From: Eledone cirrhosa
Taxonomy: Eukaryota
Length of the DNA stretch: 64,000 bases
Reading direction: 5' to 3'
Assembly (NCBI GenBank): GCA_964016885.1
Contig: OZ024752.1
Span: forward strand, 47,306,001-47,370,000
Of the stretch, positions 54,788 to 64,000 are shown piece by piece (position 1 is the stretch's first letter; each line of letters begins with the position of its first letter). The translations under genes and the position numbers were made by a program. Under the pieces are notes generated by a model. That model saw nothing but the letters and a program-made list of their open reading frames with translations, was not told where the DNA came from and ran no database searches.

Positions 54788-55530
54788 CTTTCTAATACTA
54801 GTAGAATCTCAGTAAAATGCACCCAATACACTCTGCATAGTGATAGGCAATTAAGTGGAAATAGCGTAATGTTCAGGCACCCAGTAGACTCTGTCTGAAA
54901 GTTGGTTGGTGACAGAAACAAGATGAAGTCATAGAATCATTGTCACAAATAGGACGTATGACTGAGATGTAGTCTTCACCCCACCTGCCACCCCACCCGC
55001 CACCCCACCAGCCATCAAATCGTCTAGAAGGGCTGTAACTGACTCAAAAAATAACAATCCATACAATACATGCCAGCAGGGAAAAGTGGACTGATGATGA
55101 TGATGATGATGATGATACAACTGTACACATACATACATAGATACATACATATGTATATGTTCACACACACACACAAAATCAACATTTGATGTATGTGTGT
55201 GTATGTGCGTGTATTGTGTGTGTATGTGTGTATGTGTGTGTATTGTGTATGTATGTATGTGTGTGTGTATTGTGTGTGTGTGTATATATATATATGTGTG
55301 TATGTGTGTGTGTGTGTATGTGTGCATATATGTGTGTATGCATATATGTATATATGTGTGTATGTATACATGTATATATGTATGTATGTGTGTGTATGTG
55401 TATGTATATATATGTATATATGTATGTGTGTATGTGTGTGTGTATGTATATATGTATATATGTATGTGTATGTATATATATGTATATATATATCTGTATA
55501 TGTGTGTATGTATATATATATATGTATGTG

Positions 55531-55593
<63 letters not shown>

Positions 55594-55622
55594 ATGTATA
55601 TATATATGTATGTGTGTGTATA

Positions 55623-55665
<43 letters not shown>

Positions 55666-55696
55666 ATGTATATATATATATATATGTATGTGTATG

Positions 55697-55730
<34 letters not shown>

Positions 55731-55746
55731 TATGTATGAGTATATG

Positions 55747-55823
<77 letters not shown>

Positions 55824-55826
55824 GTA

Positions 55827-55902
<76 letters not shown>

Positions 55903-56604
55903 GTGTTCTGCTCCTCTTGTGTGGAATTTCTCCAAGACAGCTTAAAGACAGTTCCATTCCTGCATTTCCACAAATTTTTTTTTTCTTAAAAAAATAAAAA
56001 TTTCTTATTCTTTTTATTAGAATTTTTTGAAAATTTTAAAAAGGAAATTGTGTTGCTATGGTAACCAGCTCTCTTTACTTTTCTTTCTTTTCTTTTTCTT
56101 CATTTAGTACTGGATGATTACCTGTGAGAATCTCAGATGAGGCACACACACGCACATGCCCATACACATGTGCACAGATAAGTACACATGCTCTTACATA
56201 TACACACACACATAACTTACGCATATAATATATGTACACATTAATTGACACATGCTCTCTCTCTCTCTCTCTTTCTTTCTCTCTCTTTCTCTCTCTCTCT
56301 CTCTTTCTCTCTCTCTCACACACGTACACATACATATTTATAAGGTAAGTCCACTATGTCATTTCTGTTCCATCTGTAACACCACCAGACCCGCCACCAT
56401 CACCACCACCACCACCACCACCACCACCAGCGCCGCAACCTACACCACCTCCACCATCATCAACATCACCATCATCGCTACCACCCAACACCACCACCAC
56501 CAGCACCTTCACCTTCTTCACCACTACCATCACCACCACCAGTGTCACTACCGGCACCACCACCACCACTACCACCACCACCACCACCACCACCACCACC
56601 ACCA

Positions 56605-56750
56605 CAGCATGGAGTTACAGCCCTTTACGTTCTGAGTTCAAATCCCGCCGAGGTTAACTTTGCTTTTCATCCTTACGGGGGTCGATAGAATAAAGTACCA
56701 GTAATACACTGGGGTAATTGCTGGCCTTGTGCCAAAAAGTAAACACAATT
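56605..56750 (+). mobile_element. SINE family A, 5'-truncated
   Basis: B-box and 3' body present. Confidence 0.85.
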
Positions 56751-57743
56751 ATTGCTATTAACATGATGATGATGATGGTAATGGTGGTGGTGGTGGTCAT
56801 GATGATGATGATGGTAATGGTGGTGGTGATGATGATGATGATGATGGTAATGGTGGTGTTGGGGGTGATGGTGGTGGTGGTGGTGATGATGATGATGATG
56901 ATGATGGTAATAGTGGTGTTGGTGGTGATGATGATGATGATGATGATGGTAATGGTGGTGATGGTGGGTGGTGGTGGTGGTGGTGATAATGAGGATGGAG
57001 GTGATGATGATGGTGGTGGTGGTTATGGTAATGGCAATGGTGATGATGGTGGTGGTGGTGGTGATGAAGATGGTAATGATGATGAAGATGATAGTGGTGG
57101 TGGTGATGGTGGTGATGATGATGAAGATGATAGTGGTGGTGGTGATAATGGTGGTGGTGATGGTGGTGATGATGGTGGTGGTGGTGATAATGGTGGTGAT
57201 GATGATGAAGATGATAGTGGTGGTGGTGATAATGGTGGTGATGATGATGAAGATGATGGTGGTGGTGGTGATAATGGTGGTGATGATGATGAAGATGATA
57301 GTGGTGGTGGTGATAATGGTGGTGATGATGATGAAGATGATGGTGGTGGTGGTGATAATGGTGGTGATGATGATGAAGATGATGGTGGTGGTGGTGATGC
57401 TGATAGTGTTGGCGGTGGTGACTGACAACACTGGGTAAAGTAAAGTCTATTTGCTACCAGGTTTCACATCAGATTCAGTATTATGCAAGATAATTATGTA
57501 AGATAAAGCCTTTACCATGAAAATACAATAATAAATATAGAGTAATGTAAATACTAAAGTGTTAATGTACTGAAAATGTGTGGCCTTTCACAGATATTAG
57601 AAATATGGAGTGGTAGAATTAGTTAAACATCAGATAAGATGTCTTGTAGTCTTTAGTGACATTATTTTAAAGTTGGTTGTGAGTTCAAATCTCACCAAGG
57701 TCAATTTTGGCATTTTATTCTCTGGGATAGGGGCAAAAATTAA

Positions 57744-57949
57744 CCCTTTAGCATTTAAACTGGCTGTATCCGGCCAGAATTCTCTCACCTCTTTCTGTTC
57801 AAACTGGCTGTAACGGTCTGCTCATACTTATGTTAAGGTATTGTCCTCAAAATCTCATAGATTCGATATTATGTGAGGTAATTATGTGAAATAAAGTGTT
57901 TACTATGAAAACACAATAGTATATATAGAGTAATGTAAATGCTAAAGGG
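57744..57949. mobile_element. piggyBac-type MITE
   Basis: TTAA-CCCTTTAGCATTT ... AAATGCTAAAGGG-TTAA. Confidence 0.85.
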
Positions 57950-58026
57950 TTAAAGTTGGTTGTGAGTTCAAATCCCACCAAGGTCAATTTTTGCATTTTA
58001 TTCTCTGGGATAGGGGCAAAAATTAA

Positions 58027-58225
58027 CCCTTTAGCCAGAATTCTCTCACCTCTTTCTGTTCAAACTGGCTGTAACGGTCTGCTCATACTTATGTTAAGGT
58101 ATTATCCTCAAAATAAATAATATCAAAATCTCATAGATTCGATATTATGTGAGATAATTATGTGAAATAAAGTGTTTACCATGAAAACACGATAGTATAT
58201 ATAGAGTAATGTAAATACTAAAGGG
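58027..58225. mobile_element. piggyBac-type MITE, second copy
   Basis: TTAA-flanked; small deletion next to the left TIR. Confidence 0.82.
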
Positions 58226-58487
58226 TTAAAATTGGTTGTGAGTTCAAATCCCATCAAGGTCAATTTTGCATTTTATTCTTTGGGATAGGGGCAAAAATTA
58301 AAGTACCAGTCAAAAACTGGGGTTGATTTAATCAACTTCCCTTTTCCCTAAATTGCTGGTCTTCTCCCTGAATTAATAAACTACCGTATTTCTCGGCATC
58401 GAAGACGCTACTTTTTCCCTAAAATAAGTCTCAAAAATCTACCATTGTATTCTGGAGGCTGAAGGTTGTTTATTATTTTTTTTTCAA

Positions 58488-58607
58488 GTTTACGGCCATA
58501 TTACACTGAAAACACTGGTTCTCGTCCGATCACCGAAGTTAAGCAATGTCGAGCCTAGTTAGTACTTAGATGGGTGACCGCTTGGGAACCCTAGGTGCTG
58601 TAAGCAT
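58488..58607 (+). rRNA. 5S rRNA: Full-length orphan 5S rRNA copy (probably a retroposed pseudogene)
   Basis: 120 nt gtttacggccata...ctcgtccgatcaccgaagttaagc...agtactt.gatgggtgaccgc.tgggaa..ctaggtgctgtaagcat; ends pair; followed by ttaattttt. Confidence 0.92.
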
Positions 58608-58616
58608 TTAATTTTT

Positions 58617-58805
58617 AGGGAGGTGGATTGGCAGTATCGGTAGAGGGTCGGACGCCATGCTTTCCAGCATAGTTACGTCCCTTTACGGTCTGAGTTCAAA
58701 TCCCGTCGAGGTTAACTTTGCCTTTCATCCTTACGGGGTCGATAAAATAAAGTACCAGTAATGTACTGGGTAATTGCTGGCCTTGTGCCAAAAGTAGAAA
58801 CAATT
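58617..58805 (+). mobile_element. SINE family A
   Basis: A/B boxes and family A body. Confidence 0.9.
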
Positions 58806-58826
58806 ATTATTATTATTATTACTATA

Positions 58827-59018
58827 AGGGCGGTGAATTGGCAGCATCAGTAGAGCGTCAGACACCATGCTTTACAGCATAGAGTTATGGCCCTTTACGT
58901 TCTGAGTTCAAATCCCGTCGAGGTTAACTTTTTGCCTTTCATCCTTACGGGGGTCGATAAAATAAAGTACCAGTAATGTACTGGGTAATTGCTGGCCTTG
59001 TTCCTAAAGTAGAAACAA
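58827..59018 (+). mobile_element. SINE family A
   Basis: A/B boxes and family A body. Confidence 0.9.
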
Positions 59019-59204
59019 TTATTTTTTTTCAAATTTTGTTGTCAAAATTAGGTGTGCATCCTCGAGGACGAAGTGTCTTCAGCACCGGCAAATACGGAAT
59101 ATGATTGGCAAAGTGATGGAATTTGTAGAGTTTTGGATAAAATATCTTCATGGTATTTGTTCAGACTCTTTATATTCTAAGTTCAAATTCTGTCAAAGCC
59201 AATT

Positions 59205-59400
59205 TTCTGAGAGTTGATAAAAAAAAAAAAAAAGTACCAGTCATACACTGGATTAGTAGTATGACCAACAGTTCCTTCCCCTGCCCAAATTTCCTTTTGT
59301 CAAAGACAATCTTCTGAGAGTTGATAAAAAAAAAAAAAAAAGTACCAGTCATACACTGGGGTTAGTAGTATGACCAACAGTTCCTTCCCCTGCCCAAATT
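59205..59400 (+). repeat. ~108-bp tandem duplication inside a degenerate SINE-A-like element
   Basis: ttctgagagttgat(a)n gtaccagtcatacactgg..ccctgcccaaattt occurs twice. Confidence 0.75.
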
Positions 59401-60039
59401 TCTAGTCTTGTGTCTATGCAAGAAATTATCATTACTAATAGTCGTAGACTTACAAGTAGTAGCAGTAGTAGCGCCAGAAATATACTAGTTGATGTAGTAG
59501 TTTTTCCACAGTTACTTCTAATCTGCCTCCTCATCACCGTTCTCAACCTCAACCTCCTCTCCAAATCTTTTTTCAGCATCATCATAATTGTCATCATCAT
59601 CATCATCATCATCATCATTATCATCATTATCATCGTCGTTGTCAACATGACATCACCACCACCATCATCATCATCATCTACCATAACCATCATAGCCATC
59701 ACCACCACAGCTGTCACCGCCACCACCACCACCACCACCACCACCGCCACCATCACCATTATCATCACTATCATCATCATAATTATCATTATTAGCCCCC
59801 ACCTTCTTGAAATTAAATTAAATTACATTAAATTAAATTAAATTTCAGGCTTGTTACTTTTTCCTTCGAAAATGCTAAAAAAACAGAAGAAAATTATGCA
59901 AAAAGAAAACAACAGCTAAATAAATCTAAATAAAATTTTATGCAAATTACAGCCAATTCTGTCCAAGTGGCTCCACCTTCTTTTCAATTCAGCAAAGCTT
60001 GATAAAAAAAAATTTGGGGTGGTAACTAACAACATTGGA

Positions 60040-63000
60040 AGTGGTGGTGATGGTGGTGGTGATGGTGGTGGTGGTGGTGGTGGTGGTGGTGATGGTGGTG
60101 GTGATGGTGGTGGTGGTGGTGGTGGTGGTGATGGTGGTGATGATGGTGGAGTTGGTGGTGATGGTGGTGGTGGTGGTGATGGTGGTGGTGGTGGTGATGG
60201 TGGTGGTGGTGGTGGTGGTGATGTTGGTGGTGGTGGTGGTGGTGATGATGGTGGTGGTGGTGGTGGTGGAGTTGGTGGTGATGGTGGTGTTGGTGGTGAT
60301 GGTGGTGTTGGTGGAGATGGTGGTGGTGTTGGTGGTGGTGGTGTTGGTAATGGTAGTTGTGGTGGTACTGGTGACAGATGTTGAGAAGGTGTTGGTGATG
60401 GTAGTGGTAGAATTGGTAGTGGTGGTGTTGGTGGTGGTGTTGGTGATGGTGTTGGTAGTAGTATTGGTGGTGGTGTTGGTGACGGTAGTTGTGATGGTGT
60501 TGGTAGTGGTTGTGATAGAATTAGCAATGGTTGTGCTGATGGTGTTGTTGTTGATGGTCACTGTGATGATGGTGATGGTGATGGTTGTGTTGGTGGTGGT
60601 TGTAGTTGTGATGAAGGTGGTGGTGGTGGTGGTGGAGATGGTAGTGGTGGGGATAGTGGTGTTGTTGGTAGTGGTAATGGTGGTGGTGATGGTAGCAATA
60701 GTATGGTTGTCGGTGATGTTGGTGTTGTGATGATTAGGGTGATGATGGTGTTAGTAATGTTGTTGGTGATGATGGTGGTGGTGGTTGTGTTGGTGTTGGT
60801 TGTGATTGTTATGATGATGGTTGTGATAACACTGTTGTTATTGTTGTGGTAGTGATGTTGTGATGGTGGTGATGGTGTTGGTGGTGGTGGTGGTGAAGGT
60901 GTTGGTGGTGATGGTGGTGATGGTGTTGGTGGTGTGGTGGTGGTGATGGTGTTGGTGATGGTGGTGGTGATGGTGTTGGTGGTGATGGTGGTGGTGGTGG
61001 TGGTGGTGATGGTGGTGGTGGTGGTGGTGGTGTTGGTGATGGTGGTATTGGTGAAGGTGTTGGTAATGGTGGTGGTGAAGGTGAAGAAGATGGTGTGGGT
61101 ATGTGGTGGTTTGGTGATGGTGTTGTTAGTGATGCTGGTAATGGTGGGGGTGATGTTGGGGGGGGTGATGATGGGGTGGTGGTGATGGTGTTGTTGGTGA
61201 TGCTGGTAATGGTGGGGGTGATGTTGATGGTGATGGTGGGGGTGATGTTGGGGGTAATGGTGATGGTGGGGTGATGTTGATGGAGGTGGTGGGGGTGATG
61301 TCGATGGTGGGGGTGATGTTGATGGTGGTGGTGGGGGTGATAGTGATGGTGGGGTGATGTTGATGATGATGGTAGCAATGGTGAGGGTAATGGTGATGGT
61401 AGCAATGGTGTGTCCTGTCATTTTCTTTTTAAATTGAGGAATGTGATTTGAAGGAATGTGGCTGCTATTTTTAGCATGATGAGCAACTGCACAGTGGTTC
61501 ACTCCCTGCTTAAATAATAGTAATGTTGTTGATAATGATGATGGTGATGGTGGTGATACTGTGGTGGTGGTGATGGTGGTGGTGGTGGTGGTGTTGATGG
61601 TGATGGTGGTGGTGGTGGTGGTGGTGGTGGTGGTGTTGATACTGTGGTGGTGATGGTGATGGTGATGGTGGTGGTGGTGGTGGTGATACTATGGTGGTGG
61701 TGGTGGTGGTGGTGATGGTGGTGGTGGTGATGGTGGTGGTGATGGTGGTGGTGGTGGTGGTGATACTATGGTGGTGGTGATGGTGGTGGTGGTGGTACTG
61801 TGGTGGTGATGGTAGTGGTGGTGATGGTGGTGGTGATGGTGGTGGTGATGGTGGTGGTGGTGGTGGTGATGGTAGTGGTGGTGATGGTGGTGGTGGTGGT
61901 GGTGGTGTTGATACTGTGGTGGTGATGGTGATGGTGATGGTGGTGGTGGTGGTGGTGATACTATGGTGGTGGTGGTGGTGGTGGTGATACTGTGGTGGTG
62001 ATGGTGGTGGTGATACTGTGGTGGTGGTGATGGTGATGGTGATGGTGGTGGTGGTGGTGATACTATGGTGGTGGTAGTGGTGGTGATACTGTGGTGGTGA
62101 TGGTGGTAGTGGTGGTGGTGATGGTGGTGGTGGTGATAGTGTTGAGGGTGTTGATAGTAACGGTGGTGGTGGTAGTGGTGGTGGTAGTGTTGGGGGTGTT
62201 AATAGTGGTGGTGTTGGTGTTAAGTATGCTGACATAGTGGTGATGTAATGGTATGATACTAGTGGCAGTGGTGGTGGTGGTGGCAGTGGTGGTGGCAGTG
62301 GTGGTAGTGGTGGCAGTGGTGGTGGTGGTGATAGTGTAGGTGATATGGTGATAGTGGTGGCGGGAGGGTAGTCAGTTTCTTTTAAAGGTAACATGTTCTA
62401 TGTAAAAAGAAACTGTTTGTGGTTGTTTAGCCCCAGGTCAGCCCTGGTTGAGCAGACATAATTAAAGGCATTCCATCCATGACCATCCCATCTTTTTTCT
62501 ATGTGAAGGGAATCCAGGCCCATGTTGTCCAGTATGTCCCTTTTTTTAATATGGTAGAGTGTGATTTGAGGGTGATTTAACTACTATTTCTGGCAGCTCA
62601 ACAGGCTATGTAGAGTGTGTGGTGATAGGGACCAGGGCATAAATAATGCTACAGATAGTTGGGATGGTGGTGGTGGTGGTGGTAGTGGGGGTGGTGGTGG
62701 TGGTGGTGGTGGTGGTATTGATGGTGGTGGTGGTGGTGGTGGTGGTGGTGGTGGTGGTGGTGGTATTGATGGTGGTGGTGATGATGGTGGTAGTGGTGGT
62801 GGTGGTGGTGGTGGTGGTGGTGGTGGTGGTAGTATTGATGGTGGTGGTGGTAGTGGTGGTGGTGGTGGTGGTGGTAGTAGTGGTGATGGTGATGAGGAAA
62901 GTATGATAGTGATAGTGTTGGAGGTGAGGAGAAGAGGACGACGAAGAAGAAGAAGAAGAAGAAGAAGAAGAAGAAGAAGAAGAAGAAGAAGAAGGAGTGA

Positions 63001-64000
63001 TGAAGAAGACAACGACCAAGATGAAGCAGAAGGAGAAGACTAAGATTGAGAAGAAGAAGAAGAAGAAGAAAGAGAAGAAGGAGAAGAAAGAGAAGAAGAA
63101 GGAGAAGAAAGAGAAGAAGAAGAAAGAGAAGAAGGAGAAGAAAGAGAAGAAGAAGGAGAAGAAAGAGAAGAAGAAGAAAGAGAAGAAGGAGAAGAAAGAG
63201 AAGAAGAAGGAGAAGAAAGAGAAGAAGGAGAAGAAAGAGAAGAAGAAGGAGAAGAACGAAAAAGATAAAGACGGAGAAGGAAGAAGAAAAAAAAGTGAAG
63301 AGAACGACGACCAAGAAGAAGAAGAAGAAGAAGAAAAGAAGAAGAAGATGTGAAGAAGAAGAAGTGAAGAAGAAGAAGTGAAGAAGAGAACAACAACCAA
63401 GAAGAAGAAGAAGAAGGAGAAGAAGAAGAAGGAGGAGGTATGGGCTGGTTGTGGGGAAGAAGGGGGTAGTGTAAAAAATGGTAGCAGAGAGGAGAGGTGA
63501 GGTGTTTTGCGACAAAACTCTTAACTCTGCACCAATGCCACCTGTATTAGTAAAAGACATAAGTTGCAGTTGCAGCTAGTGTTGTTGTTGTTGTTATGGT
63601 GGTATTGGTGTTGATGATAGTGGTAGTGGTGGTGTTGGTGTTGGTGATAGTGGTGTTGGTGTTGGTGGTGTTGGTGATGGTGGTGTTGGTGTTGGTGATG
63701 GTGATAGTGGTGTTGGTGTTGGTGATGGTGATAGTGGTGTTGGTGTTGGTGTTGGTGTTGGTGATGGTGTTGGTGATGGTGGTGATGGTGTTGGTGGTGT
63801 TGGTGATGGTAGTGGTGGTGGTGTTGGTGTTGGTGATAGTGGTGTTGGTGTTGGTGGTGTTGGTGATGGTGGTGTTGGTGTTGGTGATGGTGATAGTGGT
63901 GTTGGTGTTGGTGATGGTGATAGTGGTGTTGGTGTTGGTGTTGGTGTTGGTGATGGTGTTGGTGATGGTGGTGTTGGTGTTGGTGGTGTTGGGGATGGTG
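60040..64000. repeat. Long (GGT/GAT)n and (GAA)n low-complexity region with short TE remnants
   Basis: Visible directly; (GAA)-derived block at 62940-63440. Confidence 0.9.

Larger units (their letters stand above)
58384..59097. mobile_element. Tc2/pogo-like MITE hosting nested insertions
   Basis: Degenerate TIRs ccgtatttctcggcatcgaagacgc / gtgtcttcagcaccggcaaatacgg; TA on the left. Confidence 0.65.

Noticed and set aside
56673-63560. Poly-Gly/Asp, poly-Pro, poly-Thr and KKE-rich ORFs
   Set aside because: Trinucleotide low-complexity tracts open in several frames on both strands.

Overview
This is AT-rich animal non-coding DNA dominated by microsatellites ((TA)n, (CA)n, (CATA)n, (GAT)n, (GGT)n, (GAA)n). 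The 5S sequence and SINE types suggest an octopod cephalopod, but that is inference. None of the supplied ORFs is a credible protein gene; almost all are translations of simple repeats. One well-formed 77-bp minus-strand exon (18788-18864) suggests the window lies mostly within introns of a large host gene. The mobile DNA comprises several tRNA-SINE families, 3' fragments of RTE, CR1 and R4/Dong-like LINEs, mariner-, pogo- and piggyBac-type MITEs, and one orphan 5S rRNA copy. The most striking signal is a dense set of short non-coding elements inserted in (TA)n tracts. They carry type I hammerhead ribozyme cores (CUGANGA...GAAA...UH) from at least six sequence families. Most occur as head-to-head inversions whose junctions lie in or next to the ribozyme and whose outer breakpoints recur between copies. 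This resembles Penelope-like retroelement pLTR or retrozyme biology. It includes one hammerhead with a ~105-nt helix II, and junctions suggesting priming from both strands of the self-complementary TA target. All calls were made by eye; no folding software or database search was run.
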